DNA of 64,000 nucleotides from Camelus dromedarius. Taxonomy: Eukaryota. The notes under the pieces were generated by a model that worked only from the letters and a program-made list of their open reading frames with translations, was not told the origin of the DNA and ran no database searches. Every line of letters starts with the position of its first letter. Within the stretch, counting starts at the first letter, position 1. Shown in pieces: positions 38,619 to 50,047 of the stretch. The position numbers and the translations under genes were made by a program. The stretch covers positions 11,038,001-11,102,000 of the forward strand of contig NC_087438.1 of the NCBI RefSeq assembly GCF_036321535.1, written 5' to 3'.

Positions 38619-40179
38619 TTTCCCTCTAGCCACCAGGTGGGGGAAAGGTCAGGGAAACTGTGCTGTGCTGAGTGACTCGAGGACTCAAGTTGTATGCTCC
38701 TGGAAGCCTCATCCTCCTTCCATTACTTACTCTCCACCCTCACCTCCACCCTCTGGAGGCCCTCATCTGCATCTGGGCAATCAGGAAGCAGGTGTTGGGT
38801 CCTTCCCAGGTACCACCGCACCATCTTCCCAACCTACACACACATGGACCCAGATGGAGGTGAGGCTATTATCTGATTGAAAAGCTAGGAAAGCCACCAG
38901 CAAGAGTGTCAGATGGGAAGACACAAACTAAGGACCATACCTACTGAACTCATTTCCTTGGAGGAGGAGAAATGTCTCATGGTGTGTCTGCAGGGAGAGT
39001 TTCAGGGGAACCCTCTCTTCCTCCCAAAGTCCTCCATCCCTTTGGTCCTTCTTGTCCTTCTACATTTCCACTTCAGACCCATTACGTCTCTGATGATCCA
39101 ACCCACTTCCTCAAAAACCCCCATTAGACCTACCTGCAAAGGAGCCCTGGCCCGTGGTCCTAGCATGGGATTTGCAGACTCTCACTCGTCAGGTGATAGG
39201 TAGATGCTTCCCTTGGCCTGGCTCATTATTTCTCCAAGACAATCCAGCAGGGCTGTGGTCCCCAACACAGAAGGGATGGCAGATGCTCTGAAGCCACTTT
39301 GGTGTCACTGACAACACAGAATGAGGTCCCTTGGCACCCAAGCAAACATACCTTGGCCCACATTCATTTTTTTTTTCTCTTAAGAAGCACTCAGTCCAAA
39401 AGCATGTGGGGCAAGGTCTTTTCACAGCCAACACGAGGACCCCACTCCCCAGGTAGGCATCACAAAAGTGTGCTGGGCCAAAGAGTCAGTACCTCGTGGC
39501 CATGACTGCTTTCATTATCAAGGTCCCTGATTAGCAGAGAATAATCCAGACACAGCCTTGCAGGTTTTGTGGCACCATCTCCATAGATTGCTTCCAACTC
39601 CCCAACTTCTCTCTTGTTAGAAGTGGGGGGGGGTTGTCTCAGTAATTGACCCTGAGAAGAAGCAGCAGAGCACAGGGAATATGAATTGGTAGGCTTAACA
39701 TGGAACTAGAGGAGTTAGACTACATACTCGGATACAACATCCCCCCGATAATCACTTTCCGAACTGGCTGGGAAGAATTTAAGGGAGGCTCAATTTCTTG
39801 CAATCCTGTGGGCAAGTCCTGAGTCAGAGAAATACTTCTTGTTGTTGTTATTTCAAAACTGCTTTTCCTCCAGGCTGTTATATTCTCAAGAAACATATGG
39901 CAAATATGTTATCTTTCACAAAGAACTGGTAAATCTAATTGTTTGCAATTTGTTTCTTTTTTTTTATTTTCCCCCATTTTTATTCATTGTAAGAACATAA
40001 TGTAATAACAATAAAAGAAGTTAAAACTGAGGGAAATTACCCAGAAATCTGCCTAGGAAAGCAATTCTTTTATTTTCCAAGTTTCCTCCCAGGAATTATC
40101 TATATGCTGGCAAGACAGTTCTTTGCTACTTCCCAGAAAGATTTAGAGAAAGACAGAGCTCTGCTTCTAAAAAGTTATG

Positions 40180-40280
40180 AGACATTGGCCACGTCACTTA
40201 AAATTTTGGGTATCAGTTTTCTCCTATTTAAAGTGAAAAAATTGGACTAGTTGATTTTTAACAGATCTTTCTAGTTTTAA
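40180..40280 (+). mobile_element. MIR fragment
   Basis: gacattggccacgtcacttaa...tcagttttctcctatttaaagtg...ttggactag. Confidence 0.5.
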
Positions 40281-40724
40281 AGTTATTTGTACTTCTATCC
40301 TTGCAACAGAATGAGTCTTACTTTGAAGCATCATGTTTGGAGAACTGGACATTTTTAAAGGCTGAGAGAATCGTACTGGCAAGTGAAGATGGCAATTAGC
40401 ACCACCACAAACAATAGACAGGACCAGAAACTGAAACTTGATAGTAACCTTCTGATAAACATACTTTAAAATAACTGCTTATTTTGTTCTAATTCTAGAA
40501 TTTCCCAAACTTGTTTGCAAGGCCTAACGTTTTTCTAACTGCAGCTTAGCCTTTTGTCATGAGCTAAAGGTAAGTATGCCTTCAACAACAGGCCATTGCA
40601 AGGACAACAGCTACTTTGTTCATTGGCCACAGAAATACTGTATTAACGTCATTAAAAATCAAAGAATGACGTTCTTCTTTCTACAATTTTGTGGTTGATT
40701 TGCTATGCAATTTGGAATGGCACT

Positions 40725-41095
40725 TGCCTTCATCCGTTTGGGCTGCTTTAGCAAAAATATCATAGACTGGGTGGCTTAAATGACAAATATTTATTTCTCA
40801 CAGTTCTGGAAGCTGGGAAGTCCAAGATCAAGGTGCTGGCAGATCCAGTGTCTGGTGAGCCTCTTCCTGGTGTGCAGACAGCCTTCTTCTGGTTGTATCC
40901 TTAGATGGTGGAGAGCACAGAGAGGAAGCCAGCTCTCCCCTGTCTCTTCTTATAAGGGCACTAATCCTGTTCATGAGGGTTCCATCCTCACAACCTAATT
41001 ACCTCCCAAAGGCCCCACCTTTTAATTCCATCATACTGGGGTTAGAATTTCAGCAAATGAATTTGGGAGGGTACCCAAATATTGAGTTAATAACA
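40725..41095 (-). mobile_element. MaLR LTR, MLT1A-like
   Basis: ttgggctgc...catagactgggtggcttaaa...atttatttctcacagttctggaagctgggaagtccaagatcaaggtgctggcagat...acctaattacctcccaaaggcccc. Confidence 0.92.
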
Positions 41096-42926
41096 CAGCT
41101 GGACTGAGGTAGCTGTTATCCCTCTACTGGCCTGTTGTTGAAGGCACACCGACCTTTAGTCTGCTTTTGCTACTACTTGGAACAAAGATATTCTGGCAAT
41201 AAGTATGGGATCTTATTTTAAAAAGATGAAAATAACAGTTGGTACAAATCTCCCAAGTGCTTTTTCAGGCCACTGAGTATTTCCTCTCCCTGGCAATTTG
41301 AAGAGAACACACACTTAAATAGATGGATCACAGACACATCCTAAGGCACAGCTTCCGTCAGTAAAGCTGGTCTTAAGCCTCATGTGCTGCAAGACTTTCT
41401 ACACTGGAGCAGAAAACATGGGAGACACCGAGCCAGGTTATTATCCTGTAATACTGACCATTTGTGAGTTACATTATATACAGGCATTATATATCAGAAC
41501 CGTGTCTTCACTTGGCACGGTTCAGTATTAATGCAGATTACATCTCAGTTACCAAAGAATCGTGCAAAGCAAGTACACAGTTCCACCTGCAGATAGTTTA
41601 GATAACGTGGCGCCACGCAAAGTGAGAGTTGCCTGTACTGCAATCCAGACACTTTATTGCGACCTGATGAACTTGCAGTATACACATAAGATTTACCAGA
41701 ATTATCAGTCATGTTCTGATCAGAGGTGTGAGGTCTGCAAACAGGACTAAAGGCATGGTGAGGGTCATCTTAGTTTCACTACCAAGCCACGTTTTCTCTC
41801 TTCACATATGAGCTTTGGCAATGTCTTGGATGTTATAATGCCCGTGATGCTTTTGGTGAAACACTTTGGGATTGTGTAAACTTGGTGATTATAATAAAAT
41901 AAAGAAATGTATTATACTCCAAATGGCAAATAAACTAGAATTAAAATGCCAACTTGGAGCACTGTGTTGAGAAGCATTCTGAGGTCCAACGTGGATCCCA
42001 TGGGAAAAAGCATATAACTGAGAAGCTATAGATTTTGTTGACCGTGGGGAATACACGCCACATATTTGCTATTCTTGTATGAGTCACATGACTATATTAT
42101 TATGTATTGTAGTAATGGTAAATCAGCTTCTAACAGAAATGCTGTTTATAAAACACAGGTAGAGAGCTCTAGTGGGATTCAGAACACATCCATGTGCCTT
42201 CAGATACAGCAAACTCTGTATCTCAGGCTGCAGAGACTGAGAAAAGTATCTTGTATGCATTGATGGTGGGTTAAGGATCAAATCCAACTGAATTCAGCCC
42301 AGGGACTCTTAAAGTAGTTGTAATATGGCAATGGCCATTCAAAATAGGTTCTATAACTTTTTTTTCTTTTACCTCAAATGTCACTATTTTATTTCAAATT
42401 TTTTGTAAACAAATAGAACGTTTAAGACTGAGGAGAACACTTATGTCCATGGAAATGACCTATTTACCCAGGTCGAAGTGCTAATAACGTTTATGCTCCA
42501 CCTGAACACAATCTCCCAGACTCTACTCCGGCATCCCTTCCTGCACTACAAGGTCAGAAAACCCAGTTGGGCAACACTTTGTTAACATACTTGCTTTCTG
42601 TTTTTGTATTGCCCTTCTTAGTAGCTATATACCTAAACATCATAGTCTGAGGCAAACTGAATCAACAAGCAAAATAAAATAAAACAGTACTTCTACTCTC
42701 CCATCGATTTCACCTGATTACTCTGTACCTTTTAATTTGTGCGTCCTTGCTCAGCCCCTGAACTGTCTGAGAATAAACTTGAGTAAATTTGTTTTAAGTT
42801 TTACAATTTGTGTCTGCTTTCACTTCATTCCAAACGGTTTCCAATTTACTGTTTCATAATTATTTTGGGGAAGTTATGGGAAGTTTGGCTCCAGTTCAGC
42901 CTGAACGTCCACAGTTCAATGGCTTC

Positions 42927-43072
42927 GGCAGCACTGCCTGGGGGCGGGGCCTCTGCTGTGCCGCCTGCTCTGCACTCCCATTGGCTGGCGGGGCCCGGAG
43001 GCAGCACTGCCTGGGGGCGGGGCCTCTACTGACCCACTTGCGCTGAGATTCCATTGGCTAGCAGGGGCCGAG
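42927..43072. repeat. Two-copy 73-bp tandem duplication
   Basis: 28-bp identical head ggcagcactgcctgggggcggggcctct at 42927 and 43000; ccattggct repeats at the same 73-bp spacing. Confidence 0.9.
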
Positions 43073-43336
43073 CCTGCCTCCCCCACCGCTGCGGGAGCGC
43101 GCCTTCTGCCTGAGGGCTTGTCTCCCGCAGGCGCCTGACCCGGGCTGGGTGTCCTCACGGAGCCGGAGCTTCCGCTCTGGGACAGTGTGGGGTCGAATCC
43201 ACACTGACGGAAGCCTGGTCTCCTCAGGACCCACTGGAGCTTCGGCACCACAGGGGGTCAAGTCCCCTTGACCTGGTCTCCTCAAGACCTGACGGAAGGA
43301 AAGGTGAGGAGGAAGGAAGAGTGAAGGAATTGGGGA

Positions 43337-43382
43337 GACGCTTCCGGTGAGGGGCTGACGCTTCCGGTGAGGGGCTGACGCT
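43337..43382. repeat. 20-bp tandem repeat (2.3 copies)
   Basis: gacgcttccggtgaggggct x2 + gacgct. Confidence 0.95.
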
Positions 43383-43434
43383 GCGGGGGTCGGTCCTCAG
43401 AGGCCGGGGGAGAGGAAGGGCTGGATGTGGGAAC

Positions 43435-43978
43435 CTGCGGTGCTGACAGGGAGCCGCGTGCTCCTTGGGCGTGTGGCGTCGGGTTTTCCCAGTGCCGCTC
43501 ACTTGCGGGGACCGTCCGTTCCTGGAGCAGGTTCCTGACCCCGTCCCTGTGGGCTAATTGACCACGTTCCCCTCGGGTTATTTCTGAGCGCTCTGTTCCA
43601 TTCCCATGGCGTGTGTGCCGGTTTTGGTACCAATTCCACACTTTTTTGGTGACTGTAGCCTCGTAACGTAGGTTGAAGTCAGGGAGGGAGAGGCCTCCAG
43701 CCTGTTGTCCTTTATTAGGGTGGCTTTGCTACTTGAGGTCCTTCGTGGCTCCACACAAATGTTAAGATTGTTTGTTCTCTTTCTGTGAAAAACGTCACTG
43801 GAATTCTGGTAGTGACTGCATGAATGCGTACACGCTCTGGGTGGAAGGGACAATTTAACAATGTTCTTTTCAGCCATGAGCTCAGGATGTCGTTCTATTT
43901 ATTTGTGTCTGTTCAGCTTCTTTCATCGGTGTCTTATAGTTTTTAGTGTGCAGGACTTTCGTGTCCTTGGTTAAATTT
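43435..43978 (-). mobile_element. Old L1 ORF2 fragment, GC/CpG-enriched
   Basis: Antisense ORF2 landmarks gttttcccag, taattgacca, gttatttctg, gactgtagc...tgaagtcaggga, ccacacaaatgttaagattgtttgttct, gtgtcttatagttttt, ccttggttaaattt. Confidence 0.85.
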
Positions 43979-46106
43979 TTACAATTTCGTGTTTATTCTA
44001 TTTGTAGTTCATGGTAGTTATCTCCTTTCCAGTTATGAGTTTCTCATTTTTGTAGCATCCTGCTCCTTTTCTATTTAGAGTAGCCCTGTCAATATTTCTT
44101 TTAGCATTGGTTTAGTGTTGCTAAACTCTTTCACTTTTTGCTTGTCTGTTAAGTTCTTTTATCTCTCCTTCTATTCTAAATGATAGCCTTGCTGGATAAA
44201 GTATCCTAGGCTGCATCTTTTTTTCATTCAGGATTTTGAATATATCTTGCCACTCCCTTCTGTCCTATAGTGTTTGTGTAGAGAAATCAGCTGAGAGCCT
44301 TATGGGGGTTCCCTTGTAACTCACTCTTTGTTTTTCTCTTGCTGCCTTTAGGATCATTTCTTTATCCTTGACTCTGGCCATCTTGATTATGATATGTCTT
44401 GGTGTGGGTCTGTTTGGGTTCTTCCTGTTTGGGACCCTCTGAGCCTCCTGTACTTGGATATCTGATTCCTTCTTTAGGTTTGGGAAGTTTTCAGTCATGA
44501 TTTCTTCTAATACCTTTTCAATCCCCTTTGTTCTTTCTGCCCCTTCTGGAACCCTTATTATGTGTAGATTGTCACACTTTATATTATCCCATAGGTCCCT
44601 TATATTGTTTTCATTGTTTTTTATTTGTTTTTCTCTCAGCTGTTCTGATTGGGTGCTTTCTGTTGTCCTGTCTTCTAGGTCACTTATTCGTTCCTCTGCA
44701 TTATCTAGCCTGCTTTGTACAGCCTTTAGTTCAGCTCTCATCTCAGCAAATGAGTTTACCAATTCTACTTGGCTCTTTATAGCTTCAGTTTTGTTTTTGA
44801 CATATTTTATATCTCTAAACACTATCTCTTTTAGTTCTTTCAGTACTTTGATCACTCCTTTTTTGAAATCTTGATCTAGTAGGCCATCAATGTCTATTTC
44901 CTTGATCGTACTTTCAGGGGATTTCTCTTGATCTTTTAATTGGGAGTGGTTCCTCTGCTTCATATTGCTCATATCTCTCTGGCACTGTGGCTGGTGGGCG
45001 GGCGGGTCACTCCTCCTCCTGATGCCACAGTCAGATGCTGCGCTCGGGAGAGGCAGTGGGCAGATCACGCCCCCTCCAAACACTGTGGTCAGGTGCTGTG
45101 TTCCTGCCAGGAAGGCGGGGGGTGGCGCCTGCCCTCTTCCAGCACCAGTCGCTTCACTGCTCTGTGCAGCTGCCCACTCCACCTCTGGTTGGCGCTCCAT
45201 AGGCTGGCTCTGGGAAGACCGCAGAACGGCCCCACCCCGGTCCGTGCCAAATCTCAGGTCCTTATTTGTCTTGGTGGCATGAGTTCTCTGAGGTGCCAGG
45301 GCAGAAAGATCCTATCTGCCTCAGGCTGTAAACAAGTCTCAGTCCTGCCTAGGAGGTTGCAGAGCTCCCGGGTACAGATTCAGGTCTTGGCCCTGCCCCT
45401 AGCCCAGGTTCTGCACACAGGAGGAGATGGGGCTGTGGCTGTGCCCCACCACTCTTCTCCTGGGAAGCACCAGTAATGGCACTGAGGGTCTGAGGAGACA
45501 AAGGCTATGGTGCCCCTCCCCCCAGGGCACACCAGCCATGTTGCTTTGCTTTTTTCTGTAATTTATGGGGGACCGAGGTTGTTCGGCTCCGTATCCCCTC
45601 CCAGCCATGGCACTCAGCACCCTGCAGTCCCCCAGGGCTGCCTCAGTGCAGCCACCCCAGTCCTCCGCCCGGCTCGGGCAGCCTGTCCAGGCCCCCAGCT
45701 GCTGGCTCGCATCTCGAGCTGAGTGTCGCAGGGACCTTTTGTGCTGGTTTAACTTAGTTCTGTCAGTCAAGGGGTGCTCAGGGTAGATCTGAGCCTTGGA
45801 GGCTCCCCCTCCATCCCGTTGGCCTCTCCGTTGGAGAGGGGGAGGTTCAGTGAACGAGCGCTAGTCCTCCTTTGCCACTCCCTCCCCACGGGACTGGTCC
45901 TGCACTGTGTTGCTTTTTCTTCTTTCTTTTTCCCTTTTCTCCTACCAGATTTTTGGTGTCTTTGTCTTTTGAAGAGGGTGATGTTCTGTCGAAGTTCGTC
46001 AGGTGCTCTGGTTGGCTGAATAGGTCTGTAGATGTGAGTTTTGGTGTATTTGTGGGAGAGGGTGAGCTACGAGTGTCCTACTCCGCCACCTTGCTTCTCT
46101 CCTCTC
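43976..46106 (-). mobile_element. Young L1, 5' part only (complete GC-rich 5'UTR + ORF1 + ~95 bp of inter-ORF)
   Basis: 5' terminus gagaggagagaagcaaggtggcggagtagg (reverse strand); ~1.1 kb 5'UTR; long ORF1 homology; ends at an internal AATAAA...AAAAA. Confidence 0.92.
44075..44972 (-). pseudogene. L1 ORF1p (RNA-binding/chaperone) coding region, disrupted
   Basis: MSNMKQRNHSQ...AEERISDLED...IRDLWDNIK..NLHII.VPEG...ENFPNL...IQVQEAQRVP...PTPRHIIIKM...ILKAAREK...YKGTPIRLSADFS; premature TAG at 44265-44267; the C-terminal part (REWQDIFK...QPRILYPARLSF) continues past the stop, followed by a +1 frameshift, to the original TAA at 44075-44077. Confidence 0.92.
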
Positions 46107-46252
46107 TATGATCTTTTTCTCACAAGATGTGTTGGCAAGACCAGTGTGCACTTTCCTCAGATGCATCAAGAAACTGACATTAATCACCTTGACTGATAGC
46201 TGATATCAGCTGCAAATGCAATGGAGAGTTTACATTTAGGATCACCGCATGC

Positions 46253-47251
46253 TGACAGTGCTCCACCTCAAGCATGTCCAGGGCATCTTTTCTCCTCCAG
46301 GAGCTTAGTCATCTTTTCTTTGGGGCATCATTGCTTCTGTGACACTACAAGGACCTGCTTGGCCAGCTGGCACATACCCATAGCCAAAGTAGAAGTAAAG
46401 TCCTTCAGGGAAATTCCTCAACCAGCAGAGGACTGGAGCCAGCAGATAAATGGGTGTAATGAGAAAACAATTATTTTGAGTTACTTCCTGGGCATTTTAC
46501 AAAATGACAAGCTGCTCACACCCAGTGTCTGGACATTTAGATAAGGACCTGAGCTTAGGATCCCCACCCCAAGTTCCTGCGTTGCTTTTCCTAAGACACC
46601 TTTTAAAATAACACTTAGAGTGGAGCCTGAGAGTGAAAAGTTAGTAACCTCCACACCAGCCAACTGAGAAGTAGTGGGTGCTTGCTTACCAGCCTGCTCT
46701 GTATCTCCTACTCCCTCATGATCTGAGACAGAGGATGAGCCTTCCCCCAGCTCATTGCCCCCTTCCTGGGATCTGTAAGTAATAAATCTTGTGACTTGAT
46801 GTCTTTTGTGTGAGCGTACTGAAACTATGCCTTCAATCAAAATGACCCTAGGGTTTTCACTTCCTCAAAGTTGGAGCACAGATGTTGAGGGAGTTATTGG
46901 CCAACCCCAGGTGGGTGGCTTGCGCCTCTTCATTCAGCAGGTCATAATCCACATATGCTTAATTTAATACACCAGCTATGGGCCCCCAACACAATGGACA
47001 TGTCTCCCTTCCTTCAGGTAGGCAATTCTGAGATGCATTTTATGTATATGTCTTAAAGTAGCAGTGGAATCAAACCCCAGTTGCCTACAATGATCAATTT
47101 GATAATGTATTTTTTTTGGTCAAGTTTTCTTCCTTCCCTGTGACTCTCTTCTCTCCTCTTCACTCATGATTCCTAGGATTTCCTTCCAAATAAAATACCT
47201 GCACACAAGTCCTTGTCTCAGGCTCTGCTTTAGAGGACCTAAGGATAAGAG
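46253..47251 (+). mobile_element. ERVL LTR33-like element split by a younger LTR (46253-46454 and 46999-47251)
   Basis: cctcaaccagcagaggactggagccagcagataaatg | ...ccaaataaaatacctgcacacaagtccttgtctcaggctctgcttt. Confidence 0.7.
46455..46993 (+). mobile_element. Solo ERV LTR (~540 bp), family unresolved
   Basis: TGT...ACA termini; AATAAA at ~46781; candidate 5-bp TSD atggg (46450-46454) / atgga (46994-46998). Confidence 0.7.
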
Positions 47252-47389
47252 TGCTCTCTGAAATGGCAAGGACCATACAATTAATGTTGCTGACAGTTGT
47301 ATGACAAATGGACAGTCTTTGGCCAGACTTTCCTAAAAACATTCTAGATTTCACTGATGGAAACAGTAGAAGATTCTACTAAGAAGGAA

Positions 47390-49985
47390 GAGATTCATAG
47401 CTTGGGTTAAAATGGCACACCAACTGCCTGCCAGTGCTTACTTGCCATTCCCACCTCAAACTACAAATGATGCAAAATGATTCTTTATAACAATGCTAGA
47501 AAACAAGAAAATGCCATCAAAGGATCAACATTTTTGGAGGAATCCTTGATTAACAGAAGGCAGACAAATTTGTTGGCTCAATAGCCAATGGCACATGCAG
47601 AGAGGTAGGGACACTTTCACAGAAGCTCTAAGCCCAGAGGAAATGAGTACAGGAAGCAGAAAGGGGAGCTATGGCAATTGCCTGGGTTTTGGTAAACCAT
47701 AGGCACTGCTGAGAAAGTTGGTGCTTCTCTAATTGCTAACTTACATCTAGTGGCATGTAGACACGACAGAACTCTTGCTTCCTAAGCTAAAGCAGTGAGT
47801 ATCCAGAGAATCAGAGCAGTGCCCAATATGTCCAAGGATACCTGTGACAGATAGACAATAAGGTACTGGCATCCCTAGCAGAATGAGAACCTGCTCCTCC
47901 CATAACAAATGCCAGCAGCAGTGCACAGCATACCCACAGATAGGAGCACAGACAATCTCAAACAGAAAGGACATAACCAAGAATTATCAAATATTTCAGT
48001 ATATCAGTATGATGAGTCACCAAATTCAGAGAAAAACTAACACCCAAGGAAGCAGAATTATTAGCAAACAGAAGAGGACATGAAAGAAATATAATCATAT
48101 GATAATTTAGCATCTGATAAGAGTGCTATTCAATTTAGGTGATAGGTGGAATACACAATAAACAGAAAAACATTATTTGACTTGCCTCATATTTACAACA
48201 AAAATAGATTTCACGTGAAATAATAATATTAGGAGAAAACATGGCTAAATATTTTTCCAGTTTGGGCATGAGAGAGACCTTTCTAAGAATGACAAAAATC
48301 CTAGAAACAATGAAGAAAAGTATTAAATAATTGTATTCCAATAAAATTAAAAACAAAGTGAAAAAGTGGAAAACTCTGCAACTCATCTGGCAGAAAAAGA
48401 GCTAATCACTTTACAATATAAAGAGTTCTTACAAATCAATGAGAAATTACTAATAATCCAACCGACAAATAAGCAAAGATTATGTACTGGCAATTAATAG
48501 AAAAAATCCAAATGACTTATAAACCTATGAAAAGGTCATCCATAAAATTTACAACTCTCATTTATAATTACAGAAAAGCAAAATAAACAATGACACCTTT
48601 CCTAACAACTGAATTTATAAAGATCAGAAAGTTTATAATATATGGTTTTCTTAAGCTACAAGGAAATAGGCAAATTCTTAGTGCAATCTCTTTTGAGGAC
48701 AATTTGGTAATGTTTGTCAACATTAGATGTATATACATTTAGACTTGGCAAATCTATTTCTAAGAATTCATTCTACAATTTATATTCACATGTTGAATGT
48801 AAAAATAGATGTGCAGAAATATTTACTACAGCATTGTTTTAATGGCAAAAAACACTGAACAGTCCAATTGTTTATGAATAGAATAGTAAATAAATGATTC
48901 ATGCTGATCCATATGGTGAACTACGAGAATGTATTTTTTAACAAGATAATTCTGTGTGGATATGAAATTTTATGTAAAATAACAAAAAGAAACAACAAAA
49001 ATAGGCATAATTCAGAAGTATATATATTACATCAACTTTTTCTTTAAAAATTTCTATATACCCACATTCAAATACATGCTTATATATGCATAGAAAATTT
49101 CTGGAATTATATACCCACAAAAAAGAAACTTTTTTTTTAATTAAAAAAATTTTTTTTTTTTAATTTTTAAGAAACTATTGATAGGATCAGAGGCCTCTGC
49201 TAATCTTAGCTAAGAGGAAGACTTAATTTTCATTATTTGCTCATTGAAGCCTTTTTGGCTTTTGCTCTTACCATGAGCATAAATTATTTTTTCAATAAAT
49301 TTTTAAAAAATAAAGTATCATTATTAACCTGAGAAAGATAGGTTAGGATAAATCAGGAGCAGTTTGCAATGTAAAATCTGTTAGTGATTTTGGAAATGAA
49401 AAAATATGATCATTGAAGTGAGAAAAAAACAAACTAAAAAGATAGAGGAGACTAAACATATGGATTAGTTAATAAAGACTGAATTCAGAAGCTAAAACCT
49501 TAAGATATGAATGTTCACAGAATATAATGTTAAATAGCACAGAAATAGAAGAAATAAAAGAAAAAATTAAGGGACCTGGAAAATAGATCCAGAAATTCCA
49601 TTATCTGTCTAAAAGAAATTCTGGTTTAATAAAAGAATAGATGCAAATGGAAAGGAAAAATTACTCAATTTCATAGAAGAATATTTTCCGTGAGTTTTCA
49701 GATGAAAGAACCATTTGAATGCCTAACAGTTTGAATGAAATAACAGCCACACCTAGACACAATATAGTGGAATTTGAAAACCCAAAAAATAGGGGGAAAA
49801 ATTAAGAGCTTCCAAAAAGGATGGAGATGTTTAACCTCTGAAGGGACTGTAATTAATTCACAGAAAGATTTCAGAATACCCAGAAAACTTCAGCATGACA
49901 CTTCTGGTGTTCACTCAATAAACATGTGTCAAAAACATAATGTAGAGGGTCAAAACAACAACAGAAACAAAAATACCTTCAAACT
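47390..49985 (+). mobile_element. Cluster of very old L1/HAL1-like fragments (5'/ORF1-like ~47.4-48.1 and 49.3-50.0 kb; L1ME ORF2 end + 3'UTR ~48.1-49.3 kb)
   Basis: A-rich L1 sense motifs: taaagagttcttacaaatcaatgag, atttactacagcattgtttt, gcatagaaaatttctggaa; ORF1-like ccacacctagacacaatatagtggaattt. Confidence 0.6.
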
Positions 49986-50047
49986 AGTCTAGATTTCCCA
50001 TAAGCCCTTGTTTTTCCCACGAAGATGATCATTCCTGAACCTCTTTA

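Larger units (their letters stand above)
42927..43400 (+). promoter_or_regulatory. CpG-island-like promoter candidate (GC boxes, CCAAT boxes, ETS motifs, 5' splice donor)
   Basis: GGGGCGGGGC twice; CCATTGGCT at 42978 and 43051; GACGGAAG twice; CTTCCGG twice; AAG|GTGAG at 43303/43304; CpG-rich within AT-rich surroundings. Confidence 0.55.

Noticed and set aside
43337..43382. CRISPR-like repeats
   Set aside because: Head-to-tail tandem copies without spacers, in a mammalian genome.
42799..43994. ttttacaatttgtgt (42799) versus ttttacaatttcgtgt (43977) as a TSD around the CpG block
   Set aside because: If the block had inserted into the young L1, L1 sequence should resume left of 42799; it does not, so the similarity is treated as chance.
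44265..45200. 311-aa ORF as a novel or N-terminally extended protein
   Set aside because: It is L1 ORF1 read in frame from an upstream start in the GC-rich 5'UTR; the probable real start is at 44972 and the frame ends at a premature stop.
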